Virus record (IMG/VR): IMGVR_UViG_2703718850_000006
Span: 1 to 44,611 of that record
From: a virus
Taxonomy: Duplodnaviria > Heunggongvirae > Uroviricota > Caudoviricetes
Length of the DNA: 44,611 nucleotides
Strand: one strand, 5' to 3'
Positions 10,248 through 19,654 of the stretch are shown here, one piece after another (the stretch's first letter is position 1; every line of letters starts with the position of its first letter). A program made the translations under genes and the position numbers. Below the pieces are notes generated by a model. That model was not told the DNA's origin, made no database searches, and saw only the letters and a list, made by a program, of their open reading frames with translations.

Positions 10248-13200
10248 CACCGGTATACTCCGCTTAACTGCCCGCCATCACGGGACTGTTGTTGCATAAA
10301 ATCTTCTGCAGCCCTTTTCCCCAGGTTGTAAACCGCCTGCATGACTTCCGGCCCAATCTGTCCGTTCTGGCCATCATTATTGATCTCGATGTTGTACTGC
10401 GGCGCAAACATCACCATCCCCGAACCACAGGTCGCTGCCACAACACCCAGCTTACCGTCAGCCCCCCTGCGCAAGGGCAGGATAGCCTCAGGCCCCGCTT
10501 CACCCATCACCCCCGCGCCTTTTGCAAAAGCAAAAAACGTTGGACGGTTAACCACCGTGCCACTGTAGCGACTCAAATCAGCAGACTGATAAACACCACC
10601 TTCTGCATTGGTTTTCACATCACCGAAATCAAACCCCATCACACTGCCAATCCCTTTGACAGCCTTCATCATGGTTGCCTGCGCCAGAATTTTTGCCATA
10701 TCTGACAGCACAGATGAGGTGAAAGATTTGAAATTGAGTTTGCCGGTGGTAACAAAAGTTGCCAGACCATTTCCCATACTACTGAAAGCAGACATAAACA
10801 TCTGTTCTGCAGTCCCGGCAGCATTATCCGCGTCGGCAGTAAAATTCATGAACGCGCGTTTTGTACCGTTTTTCCACTCCCCCTGCGCAGCATCCATCTG
10901 TTGCCAGTAGCGGCGATTCTCATTCAGTTTCCGGTTCAGACTGTCTGTCAGCGTCTGTTCAGCCTTCCGGTATGCGTCAGAACCATACGAGCCTTTCTGC
11001 TTACTGTCCCGTTCAAGTTGCTCCAGCTGTTGCTGGTACTGCTGTCGTAGACGCAACTGCGACTGGTACCGCTGCCGTTGCTTATCGCCCATTCCCGCCA
11101 TGGCAACGTCCAGATCGTGTTGCTGACGCTGTGCGCGCTCTTCCTCAGCCAGTTGACTGGTCAGCTGAATGGTCTTTTTCTTCAGGTCATTGAGGGCAGT
11201 CTGCTTCTGCAGCTCCTGCTGTTTTGCATCCAGCAGCGTCAGTGCCTGAATCAGCTCATCCTTGTGAGCCAGAACACTTTTTTCATCTGCTGTCAGTTTT
11301 TTACCGGCTAAATCGCTGATACGCTGCTGAAGGGCCAGAAGCTGTTTATGCGCTTCTGTCATCCTTTCAGTAGCCATGCCCGCTGACTGTCTGGCGGCGG
11401 CAATCTGTCCCTCCACCTGCGCCTGTTGCTGGCTGTACTGCAGTAATAACCGGGTGGCCTCATCATTACGGGTGGCAGGCGTTTTTTTCTTAATGGCTTT
11501 TTCGTAACGTTCATTTTCACGCTGTATCGCTGCGTCCCTGACCGCCTGATCGGCGTACTGCATGGCATTAATACGCGCAATTTCACGCTGATGTCGTGCT
11601 GCTTCCGTTTCGTTCATCCGGTTCAGCGCGGCATTTTCAGCATTCCGGCGTTTCTGCTGCTCCTGATAATTTCGCTCAGCCTGCTCTTTTGCATCCTGCA
11701 AATCCTGCTGGCGTTTTCGCTCTTGCAGCGCATCCAGTTGTTGCTGATCGTATTCCCCCGTGGTGGACGCCTTAGTCCACGGAAATTTCTTCGCCCGCTG
11801 AATTTTTTCCTGCAGCGACGCAATCTGCGCATCAAGGGAATCTTCCCGACCAATGTTCATGGCCGCATCCCAGAACTGCTTCCACCAGTCAGACAAGGTT
11901 TGCAGCGTACTGCCCAGCGCATTGAGGTTATTATCAATATCCGACGTACGTTTACCGGTTTCCTCTGCCAGTGCAGACATGGCTATCCGGGCGGCGTCAC
12001 TGGTGCGCCCCTGCTCTCCGAGCACACGGATCTGTTCAAGCTGGGTGGCTGTCAGAAAATGCAGTTCATCATCCAGCGCCTTCGCAGCACTGACCGGATC
12101 ATCCTTCAGCCGTTTAAACTGACTGATGGTGTCACTGACAGACTGCCCTACCGAGCGTTCCATCTGTGCGGCAGCTTTCGCCACCATACCAATATCGTTA
12201 CCGTGAAATGCACCGCTCCCCACTACCTGCGCCAGTGACCCCGCCATGGCATGTTGCGTGATGCCATTACCGGAAAGATTTTTACTGAGCGCCCACAACT
12301 GCCCGGCTGTCACACCGGCATAGTGTCCGGTGAGCTCAAGCTGCCGGTTAAAGGCTTCGCCTTCTTCCTGCCCCTCCATCCAGGCTTTACCCAGACCAAT
12401 AACCGCAGCAGTGATCCCTCCGATAACTCCCCCCACCGCCAGGCCTTTCGGCGTCATTAATTTATCAATCCAGCCGGCACGGTTAGCCAGGGTGATCCCG
12501 GAGCCACGAAGCGCACCGAAATTACCACGCGCCAGTTCACCAATCATGAACCCCAGCTCCCGACGGGCTGCCGCACTTTTCAGTCCCAGCGAATGTGTGG
12601 TGTTTCCGGCTTTCTCCATTTTACGGATGTACACCTCCGCGGCACTGCTGCACCCAAGTTGTGCCGCCTTTGCCCGAAGCAGTTCCGTCGTGGTCATTTT
12701 CTGGCGACTTGTCTGTTCTTTCAGCTGACGAATAAATGCGGTTTTCTGGCGGGTGGCCGTTTCCTCTGCCTGTGTCAGAACGCGGGTTTTCGCTGTCACC
12801 TCAGAAATCAGGGCCAGATAATCCTGCTGAGCAATCCCGCCACTGTTTCTGGCCTGTCGGATCTGCTGCTGAATACGCTGTAACTCCTGCAGCCCCGCAC
12901 TGGCCTGTTTTACGCTGTCGATCTGACGATAAAATGCGGCAGCCATCTTATCCTGCGCCGCAGCCAGCGCAGCCGCCTGAACCTGCTCCTCCCGCATCTG
13001 ACGACTCAGGGCCTCCATCCGCAGGCGCGCCCTTTCCACATCTTCCGCCAGCGAAACATGCCCCTGCGCATGCTTCACCACGGCCTGAGTCTGTATCACC
13101 GTCGCGCTGGCAGCCTGTTTCTGACTTTCCTCAAACCGTTTCATACGGGCTTCGGCCCGCTCCGCCTCCCTTGCTGTACCATTCAGCAGATTTTTTACAC

Positions 13201-13270
13201 GCGGAAGCTGCTCTTTAAAATCGGCGGTATCAATGCTTAAATCAATGACAAGGTCAGCAATCTGGTCCAA
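10247..13270 (-). CDS. H: tail tape measure protein
   Basis: 1007-aa ORF; N-terminus aligns with lambda H (M..DLV.DLS.D.A.F.EQ); coiled-coil-rich; apparent TTG start after GGGAGG. Confidence 0.9.
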   Translation of the reverse strand: MDQIADLVIDLSIDTADFKEQLPRVKNLLNGTAREAERAEARMKRFEESQKQAASATVIQTQAVVKHAQGHVSLAEDVERARLRMEALSRQMREEQVQAAALAAAQDKMAAAFYRQIDSVKQASAGLQELQRIQQQIRQARNSGGIAQQDYLALISEVTAKTRVLTQAEETATRQKTAFIRQLKEQTSRQKMTTTELLRAKAAQLGCSSAAEVYIRKMEKAGNTTHSLGLKSAAARRELGFMIGELARGNFGALRGSGITLANRAGWIDKLMTPKGLAVGGVIGGITAAVIGLGKAWMEGQEEGEAFNRQLELTGHYAGVTAGQLWALSKNLSGNGITQHAMAGSLAQVVGSGAFHGNDIGMVAKAAAQMERSVGQSVSDTISQFKRLKDDPVSAAKALDDELHFLTATQLEQIRVLGEQGRTSDAARIAMSALAEETGKRTSDIDNNLNALGSTLQTLSDWWKQFWDAAMNIGREDSLDAQIASLQEKIQRAKKFPWTKASTTGEYDQQQLDALQERKRQQDLQDAKEQAERNYQEQQKRRNAENAALNRMNETEAARHQREIARINAMQYADQAVRDAAIQRENERYEKAIKKKTPATRNDEATRLLLQYSQQQAQVEGQIAAARQSAGMATERMTEAHKQLLALQQRISDLAGKKLTADEKSVLAHKDELIQALTLLDAKQQELQKQTALNDLKKKTIQLTSQLAEEERAQRQQHDLDVAMAGMGDKQRQRYQSQLRLRQQYQQQLEQLERDSKQKGSYGSDAYRKAEQTLTDSLNRKLNENRRYWQQMDAAQGEWKNGTKRAFMNFTADADNAAGTAEQMFMSAFSSMGNGLATFVTTGKLNFKSFTSSVLSDMAKILAQATMMKAVKGIGSVMGFDFGDVKTNAEGGVYQSADLSRYSGTVVNRPTFFAFAKGAGVMGEAGPEAILPLRRGADGKLGVVAATCGSGMVMFAPQYNIEINNDGQNGQIGPEVMQAVYNLGKRAAEDFMQQQSRDGGQLSGVYR

Positions 13271-13589
13271 ATCTCATTCCTCCCGATATACCTTCCCCCA
13301 GATGCATCAGCTCTTCATCCGTGCGTTCAGGGATCACCCTGTCATCCGTAACCAGACTGAAATCATCCGCCGGAATACGTTCACCGGACACCATCTGAAC
13401 CATCAGCGACTTCAGTGTGGAAATCTGTGCATCCAGCCAGATATCCCCGAAACTCTGCTTCCGGAAGAAATCCCCCCATTCGCCCAGTTCTGACGCTGAC
13501 ATTTCTGATAACATCCGCCGCCAGTCTGCCCGCCGGAACTCACGGGCAAGCTGCATCACAAACTGCATCTCCCGCGTCAGGACTTTTCC
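13254..13589 (-). CDS. T: T segment of tail assembly chaperone G-T (-1 frameshift product)
   Basis: ORF 13254..13568 lies in the -1 frame relative to G and overlaps its 3' end; GGAAAAG at the junction. Confidence 0.55.
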   Translation of the reverse strand, partial: GKVLTREMQFVMQLAREFRRADWRRMLSEMSASELGEWGDFFRKQSFGDIWLDAQISTLKSLMVQMVSGERIPADDFSLVTDDRVIPERTDEELMHLGEGISGGMRFGPDC

Positions 13590-13966
13590 GGTGTCAGAGG
13601 AACCTGTTCACCGTTCTGAACATCACCGGTGGAGACCGGCATACCACTCAGGGATAAAACCAGACTGCCCCCGTCGCCAAGCGCGTCATAAGACCAGGTG
13701 TTTTTTACATCCTCATTCAGCGCATCCACATCCTGTGACGGGTCCGTATTCCACATTGACCGGGAAACCAGCCAGGCGTTGATATCCATCCCCATACGCA
13801 GAAATTCAATCTGACGTTCAGCCACCGGCATGGCATCATCCAGGGCGTCAAACTCAGCCGTCCGTTTCTGGACAAACGACAGATATTCCACCCGCTGCAG
13901 CCCGGACAGTTCTGTCATAACCACAGACTGATCACCGTAATTAAATGTGTCCTGTTTCAGAAACAT
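13577..13966 (-). CDS. G: tail assembly chaperone G
   Basis: ORF 13577..13987 trimmed to MFLK start (lambda G begins MFLK as I recall). Confidence 0.8.
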   Translation of the reverse strand: MFLKQDTFNYGDQSVVMTELSGLQRVEYLSFVQKRTAEFDALDDAMPVAERQIEFLRMGMDINAWLVSRSMWNTDPSQDVDALNEDVKNTWSYDALGDGGSLVLSLSGMPVSTGDVQNGEQVPLTPEKS

Positions 13967-14026
13967 AACCTTCTCCGCAAACAACAAAAAAACCCCGGCA
14001 TACCGGGGTACAAACAGACCGTCTGA

Positions 14027-14767
14027 TTAACCACCATTAACGGTAATACTGGCCACTGCGACCTGTGCGCCACCCGCTGTCATCCCGACAATCGAGGTGC
14101 TTCCCGCTTTCACACCTTTCACCGTGGCCACCATGCCACTCAGTGTAACCGTGGCGATCTCAGGAGAGGATGACGCCACACTCACCGTTTTATCAGATGC
14201 ATCTTCCGGTACTGTGCTGAATGTCAGCGTCGTCGTTGCCCCCACCCTGACACTGGCAGATGCCGGTGCCACCGTCAGACCGGTCACGCTAACAAGCCCG
14301 GTGCCTTCCTCTGCCAGATACGGACGTCCCACACCGCTGATTTTCACAGTGCGGGTCATCACCTCTTTAGAGGTAACAGTTTTCCCCAGCGAGCTCAGCC
14401 AGCCACGGAAAACATCAACAGTGCCGTTGGGATATTTGATACGAAACGCACAGACTTCACCAGAGTCGAACAACTGAACCAGTTTTTTCTGCCCGCTGTC
14501 ACCCGGACGCCAGGCCAGCGTCGCCGAAGTATCACCGACGGATTTTTGCCCCTGGGTTGTCGTTTTCCAGTCAGCATTTTCATCATCGAGATAATCGTCA
14601 TCTTCCGCATCTGCAGTCATTTCGCCCGGCTGTAAATCCTTCACCATCGCAAGACGCAGCCAGTCAGTATCTGACAACGGAGCCGCAAAGGCGTCCCCTT
14701 TGCCGGTATACATCCAGAACGTCGTCCCCGCGCCCTTCGTTTTTTCCAGTGGATTCGGTGTTGGCAT
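14027..14767 (-). CDS. V: major tail protein V
   Basis: ORF 14027..14785 trimmed to MPTPNP start after AAGGAG; 246 aa, the length I recall for lambda V. Confidence 0.9.
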   Translation of the reverse strand: MPTPNPLEKTKGAGTTFWMYTGKGDAFAAPLSDTDWLRLAMVKDLQPGEMTADAEDDDYLDDENADWKTTTQGQKSVGDTSATLAWRPGDSGQKKLVQLFDSGEVCAFRIKYPNGTVDVFRGWLSSLGKTVTSKEVMTRTVKISGVGRPYLAEEGTGLVSVTGLTVAPASASVRVGATTTLTFSTVPEDASDKTVSVASSSPEIATVTLSGMVATVKGVKAGSTSIVGMTAGGAQVAVASITVNGG

Positions 14768-14781
14768 TACCATCTCCTTGT

Positions 14782-15183
14782 TCAATTTGTATATGTGATC
14801 TGATACGTGATTTCCGCCATCGCCCAGGTGGCCATCTCGTTATCACGCTGATAGTTAAATCCCTGCGGGATCATGGTATCGATAAGATCTGAAAGTGCCG
14901 GAATATCTGTCAGAGCCGGGTAAATAATGTCATCCATCCACGTATCCAGTTCTGTATCCGGTGCCTGCGCCCGGATAAAGACCGCGACATGCAGAACCGC
15001 CTGCCAGTCAGCCTCATCCACCATTTTTCCGGTGTACTGCGCATCGCTCAGCCATACCGCCACGGCGGGCAGTTCCTGCGCATCAATAAAAGCAGGAAGT
15101 CCATCGAACAGGACGGTATTCTCCCTGCACGTCGCTTTCAGGCACGACAATACGGCCTGACGAATTTGTGTGTGTCGGTTCAT
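14782..15183 (-). CDS. U: tail terminator protein U
   Basis: 133-aa ORF, lambda U-like; ATGA overlap with Z stop. Confidence 0.9.
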   Translation of the reverse strand: MNRHTQIRQAVLSCLKATCRENTVLFDGLPAFIDAQELPAVAVWLSDAQYTGKMVDEADWQAVLHVAVFIRAQAPDTELDTWMDDIIYPALTDIPALSDLIDTMIPQGFNYQRDNEMATWAMAEITYQITYTN

Positions 15184-15758
15184 CGGGTCAGATATAACCT
15201 CAGTTGTTGTTTCAGGGCATACCCCAGCTGTTTCGGCATCTCGTTATCAATGACGCTTTTACGGGCATCCTCAAATGCCAGTGTCAGCGGACCGGACAGC
15301 GGAATTTTCACCACATCAATGGGGTAACGATTTTTGCCGTCAATACGCCGCATCACATGCCAGCGACCGTTCGCCAGTTGCTGAATAAAGGCATTCCGGA
15401 AGAGATATTTTCCCACTTTCAGCACACTGCCACGGTAATGTAACCTGCCACCACGCCGGGTCATTCTGACCTGTGCAGCCCCCAGTTTTATGGCGGGCAG
15501 GTTGCCGCGATTTACGCGAATACGGGCATACATTTTTCCGTCCGGGCTGGCTTTAAGTACCCTGACACGCTCACGCACCAGTTTCAGGGGGATCCCCTTC
15601 ACCTGGTTATCACCAGCCACAGTATTCTGCGCGACCTGCCGTGTGGCGACAGAGACAACCTTTGCCGCCACACGGTTCATCGCCCATGCGCTGGCCTGTG
15701 GCACCATACGGGTATCAAGGATGTCCAGATTACGGATGGCGTTTTCAAGACCTTTCAT
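15180..15758 (-). CDS. Z: tail completion protein Z
   Basis: ORF 15180..15872 trimmed to MKGLENAIRNL start; 192 aa like lambda Z. Confidence 0.85.
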   Translation of the reverse strand: MKGLENAIRNLDILDTRMVPQASAWAMNRVAAKVVSVATRQVAQNTVAGDNQVKGIPLKLVRERVRVLKASPDGKMYARIRVNRGNLPAIKLGAAQVRMTRRGGRLHYRGSVLKVGKYLFRNAFIQQLANGRWHVMRRIDGKNRYPIDVVKIPLSGPLTLAFEDARKSVIDNEMPKQLGYALKQQLRLYLTR

Positions 15759-16119
15759 AATATCGCCCCGTACTGATATCACCCCGGGAACTGTCACACC
15801 GTTGCAGGCGGATATAACAGCATCCCCTGTCGTCCGGAGTAATGCGATCCACCCGAAAAAGATCCCCACCAACCTCCAGCGTATCCAGACGGCGCAGTCC
15901 CGTAATATCTGCTGTTTTCACAAACAAAGACGGTGAAGAATCTTCAAACCGTACTCCTCCGGCAACGAACGAAATTTTTTCAGGATCATCAAAAACACCC
16001 CTGAGTGTTTTTCCTTCAAGCTGACCGGACGTAATTACCGCCGTAATCCCCATATGACAAAGAATGACCTCGTCAGCCATGGCGACGGCGGCATCAAACG
16101 GATTATCGAAATCTGCCAC
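15745..16119 (-). CDS. FII: head-tail joining protein FII
   Basis: ORF starting MADFDN (lambda FII-like), apparent GTG start after GGGGGAAAG. Confidence 0.85.
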   Translation of the reverse strand: MADFDNPFDAAVAMADEVILCHMGITAVITSGQLEGKTLRGVFDDPEKISFVAGGVRFEDSSPSLFVKTADITGLRRLDTLEVGGDLFRVDRITPDDRGCCYIRLQRCDSSRGDISTGRYYERS

Positions 16120-16132
16120 CTTTCCCCCACAT

Positions 16133-16513
16133 TCAACACATTTTCACGAGGCCACTTTCTGCCATGCTGGCTGCCACCACAGCAGATACACGAAACACTT
16201 CTCCCGGACGTACAAATGCCACGGGGTTATCCCGTGTGGCGTGGAGTGCATTGACATGTAACATCACCACAGCTTTGACCATGACCATATCCACAGAATT
16301 TCGGTTCTCACTCTCCCCACGTTCAGATCGTGTTTCGTTTTTTTGTTGTGGTTCTTCATCATCCTTATACAGGCCGTCTGAACCATCACTTAATTCTTCT
16401 TCCCACTCCGCCAGACGTTGTTCAAGATCAGCTTTAGAGCCTGAAATATCGGCATCGCGCCCGAGTACTGCCGCCAGCTCCTGAAGACGCGCTGTTATTT
16501 CTTCTTTTGTCAT
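16133..16513 (-). CDS. FI: DNA packaging protein FI
   Basis: ORF 16133..16645 trimmed to MTKEE start; C-terminus ...LHATRD.PVAFV.PG..FRVSA... as in lambda FI. Confidence 0.8.
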   Translation of the reverse strand: MTKEEITARLQELAAVLGRDADISGSKADLEQRLAEWEEELSDGSDGLYKDDEEPQQKNETRSERGESENRNSVDMVMVKAVVMLHVNALHATRDNPVAFVRPGEVFRVSAVVAASMAESGLVKMC

Positions 16514-16563
16514 CACATCTCTCCTGTGCGATAAAGAAAAAGGCGGGAATATCCCGCCTGACC

Positions 16564-17592
16564 TTATTTCACCTGAACTACCACAAACGCGTCCGGATCC
16601 GGCAACACCATCAACGGCGCAGACTGCGTCATGGTATATTCGCACCCCGGGTCCCCCACCTCTAACCAGTGTTTCGGATAACGAATTGCAGAGGTGATCC
16701 CTTCACTCAGCGCCTGGTTATCCTGGATTGCGCCATAACAACGGACACCCTCCACCTGAGTGTTTCCAAGAATCAGTGTGCCTTCCGGCAGATAACGCTG
16801 CTCATCCCCGTTTTCATCAACATACGTTGTTTTCGCCACCATGATGGCCAGATCACCGTAATAACCTTTAAAAGAAACCACGGAACCCAGATCTTTCAGC
16901 GCGGTTTCCAGTTCAGATTTTGAGCCACGGCGGGTATCCAGTTTTTCACGAAACAGCTTAAAACCGTTCAGCATACGCCAGACAGTACCGTCCATAATCG
17001 CAATATTGATGGTACCGGAAGCAAAATCGCAGTACGCATCCAGATCATGCGTCGGATCAAAGGTGTCAGCATTCTGTTTTGACCATTCGCGTCCCCCTGC
17101 CTGCGTAATGTTATTGGCGGCAGAACGACCAAAATCCACTTCCACCGTCTCAAACTGTTCACCGCTCATGGTGTACTTACCCTGCAGAACAGCGCTGACC
17201 GCCTGCATTTCTTCCACCTGCACAATCGCTTGCTCTTCCTGTTTCAGGTTGTCAGTCAGAATACGCAGGCGACGGTAGGCCGGGTCATTAAGACGGGCCG
17301 GATCTTCCCCCGGAAGACGCTCCACCGCCTGCTGATAATCCAGCCGGTGTTTTGGTTTAACATAGCCGGGGCGTAACACGCGGGTTTCACCACCACGACT
17401 GCGCAGTACCTTACCTGACACAACCGGAGACACATATGCCGCAACCGGTGTTTTTCCGGTGATTTTATCCAGCATCACTTCCTGAGTATGGAAAGTGACC
17501 GTACGACGAAAAAACAGCTCCAGAAACAGCGCACGGAATTTCACTTTCTGCTCGGTGTAGCCGAGCAACTGACGCGTGGTAAATAACCCCAT
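16564..17592 (-). CDS. E: major capsid protein E
   Basis: ORF 16564..17631 trimmed to ATG after AAGGAAAG; 342 aa, strong similarity to lambda E. Confidence 0.95.
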   Translation of the reverse strand: MGLFTTRQLLGYTEQKVKFRALFLELFFRRTVTFHTQEVMLDKITGKTPVAAYVSPVVSGKVLRSRGGETRVLRPGYVKPKHRLDYQQAVERLPGEDPARLNDPAYRRLRILTDNLKQEEQAIVQVEEMQAVSAVLQGKYTMSGEQFETVEVDFGRSAANNITQAGGREWSKQNADTFDPTHDLDAYCDFASGTINIAIMDGTVWRMLNGFKLFREKLDTRRGSKSELETALKDLGSVVSFKGYYGDLAIMVAKTTYVDENGDEQRYLPEGTLILGNTQVEGVRCYGAIQDNQALSEGITSAIRYPKHWLEVGDPGCEYTMTQSAPLMVLPDPDAFVVVQVK

Positions 17593-17661
17593 AATTGACT
17601 TTCCTTTAAAAACACAAACGGGCCGCATCACGACCCGTTTTTTCAGTTAATCACTTCACCA

Positions 17662-17997
17662 TCAGGCGTGGCTGATGGCACTTCCCACAAACGCGTTGGC
17701 TTTTTTCACCGCATCCACCGAATCCGGCCAGACCAGCGATTCGGTGGCAAACGTACCGCTTTTGTAGTACGTCAGTGTGGGCTCGGTCCCGGCCAGCGCC
17801 AGTACCAGCACCCCCACAGCCGTTCCGGCTTTCTGACCATCCCATGCCACCAGTTTTCCGCTGGCGTCATCCAGCATCAGTGGCGTCAGTGAAGGCGTGG
17901 CAACACTGATACCACTGGTACCTGTTGCGGTATATACCGGATCGCTTCCGGCAAAAATGCGCCCGTCCGCGCGCTTTTCTGTGGTGGTTTTAATCAT
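17662..17997 (-). CDS. D: head decoration protein D
   Basis: ORF 17662..18027 trimmed to ATG after AGGAGA; 111 aa, lambda D-like. Confidence 0.9.
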   Translation of the reverse strand: MIKTTTEKRADGRIFAGSDPVYTATGTSGISVATPSLTPLMLDDASGKLVAWDGQKAGTAVGVLVLALAGTEPTLTYYKSGTFATESLVWPDSVDAVKKANAFVGSAISHA

Positions 17998-18037
17998 TTT
18001 CTCAGTCTCCTGATTTATCTGAATCACGGATCCCCGC

Positions 18038-19654
18038 TTACGGCATACTCATCAGCAGTTCTTCTTCCCCGTTCCCGGCAGTTCCGCCACCGGAAACGGC
18101 ACTGGCGGCATGCTGAGCCATGAAGCGCTCAAAAAGTGTTACCTGTGACGGTTGCGATACTGATGGCGCAGCTGCCAGCAGCGTTTTCGCCTGCTCCACT
18201 GTCATTCCAGGTTGTTCAGCCAGCGCCTGTGCCAGTTTTTCGCGTCCTTTTGCTTCCGGCAACGCAATAATTTGATCGCCGGTACTTGCCGTACCGGTTG
18301 CCGGTGCCGCTGCCAGTAGCATTTTCGCCTGTTCCACCGTCATTCCCGGCTGTTCAGCCAGCGCCTGTGCGAGTTGTTCACGCCATTTTGCTTCCGGAAG
18401 TGCCATAATCTGCTCGCCGGTACTTGCCGCACCGGCAACCGGTGCCGCTGCCAGTAACGTTTTCGCCTGCTCCACCGTCATTCCCGGCTGTTCAGCCAGC
18501 GTCCGTGCCAGTTGTTCACGTCCTTTTGCTTCCGGAAGTGCCACAATCTGATCGCCTGTGCTGTCAGTACCGGCAACCGGTGCTGCCGCCAGTAATGTTT
18601 TTGCCTGCTCAACTGACATTCCCTGCTGACCTGCCAGCATCTGCGCCAGTTTTTCGCGTCCTTTCGCCTCCTGACAATTCAGGATCCCCATCACGCGCTG
18701 ATTTTCCCGGGACACCGCTTCAGCAACGGTGAGATTTTTTGTTGTCATCGTATTCTCCTGTGTAACAGAGTCGTTCAGAGCAGAAACCATTACATCAACG
18801 GCATCTGCAGCATTAATCAGTTGATCAGCCAGGCCTGTATCAATGCCTGCCTGACCGTCATAAACGGCAGCCTCGGTATTCATCACCGCCTCTGAACTCA
18901 GCCCCGTATAAAGCGCCACCTTGTCGACAAACATCCGGCGGGCCTCATCAATACGGCGCTGAAAATCCGCACGCACACCTGTCGGCAACGCCTGAATACT
19001 GTTGCCGTCAACCTTGTGCTGCCCGGAGTAAATCAGCGTGATATCCACGCCTTCCTGTGCCAGTTGTTTCTCGTAACTGGTGTGCGCCATCATCACACCA
19101 ATCGAACCAATTTTTGCCGTCTGCGTGACCAGCCGACGCGTACAGGCCGCCGCCAGCAACATGGCGGCTGAACAGGCCATGTCATTACACAGCGCCCACA
19201 CGGGCTTCTGTTCCCGCAGACGGTAAATCATGTCAGCACAGTCAAACGCCCCGGCAGCCTGACCACCCGGACTGTCGATATCCAGTAAAATGCCGCGTAC
19301 ATCCGGGTCGTTCACCGCTGACTTAAGACGGGCAGTCAGACCGTCATAACCGGTCATACCGGAATATGGCCGCAGGGTACCCATTTTATGTACCAACGTG
19401 CCGCTCACCGGCAGAATGGCAATACCATTTTTCACCTGGTAACTCTTTACCGGACGCGGACCACCAGTCATATAATCGGTAACCGCCAGCTGCATACCAT
19501 CGGCATCAAGCTGAACGGCCTGCTGCGGAACGGCAAGGCTGCCCGCCCCCATCTCCTTACCCAGTGCGCAAAAGAAAACCCGCGCATAGGCGGGTTCCAG
19601 TAAAAGCGGCTCATTAAATGCCATCGCGGCAATATGTGATAAATTACAGCGCAT
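18038..19654 (-). CDS. C: head maturation protease / scaffold (C, with embedded Nu3-like region)
   Basis: 538-aa ORF; N-terminal S49/ClpP-like region matches lambda C; C-terminal third has four 46-aa tandem repeats. Confidence 0.9.
   Translation of the reverse strand: MRCNLSHIAAMAFNEPLLLEPAYARVFFCALGKEMGAGSLAVPQQAVQLDADGMQLAVTDYMTGGPRPVKSYQVKNGIAILPVSGTLVHKMGTLRPYSGMTGYDGLTARLKSAVNDPDVRGILLDIDSPGGQAAGAFDCADMIYRLREQKPVWALCNDMACSAAMLLAAACTRRLVTQTAKIGSIGVMMAHTSYEKQLAQEGVDITLIYSGQHKVDGNSIQALPTGVRADFQRRIDEARRMFVDKVALYTGLSSEAVMNTEAAVYDGQAGIDTGLADQLINAADAVDVMVSALNDSVTQENTMTTKNLTVAEAVSRENQRVMGILNCQEAKGREKLAQMLAGQQGMSVEQAKTLLAAAPVAGTDSTGDQIVALPEAKGREQLARTLAEQPGMTVEQAKTLLAAAPVAGAASTGEQIMALPEAKWREQLAQALAEQPGMTVEQAKMLLAAAPATGTASTGDQIIALPEAKGREKLAQALAEQPGMTVEQAKTLLAAAPSVSQPSQVTLFERFMAQHAASAVSGGGTAGNGEEELLMSMP
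18164..18670 (-). repeat. in-frame 138-bp tandem repeat array (about 3.7 units) inside C
   Basis: Nucleotide periodicity (gcgttttcgcctgctccac... recurring at about 18181, 18319, 18457, 18595) and protein repeats EAKGRE.LA..LAEQPGMTVEQAKTLLAAAP. Confidence 0.8.

Noticed and set aside
10289-13218. Plus-strand ORFs inside H (for example 11591..12238, 12736..13218)
   Set aside because: Antisense to the tape measure gene; low-complexity translations
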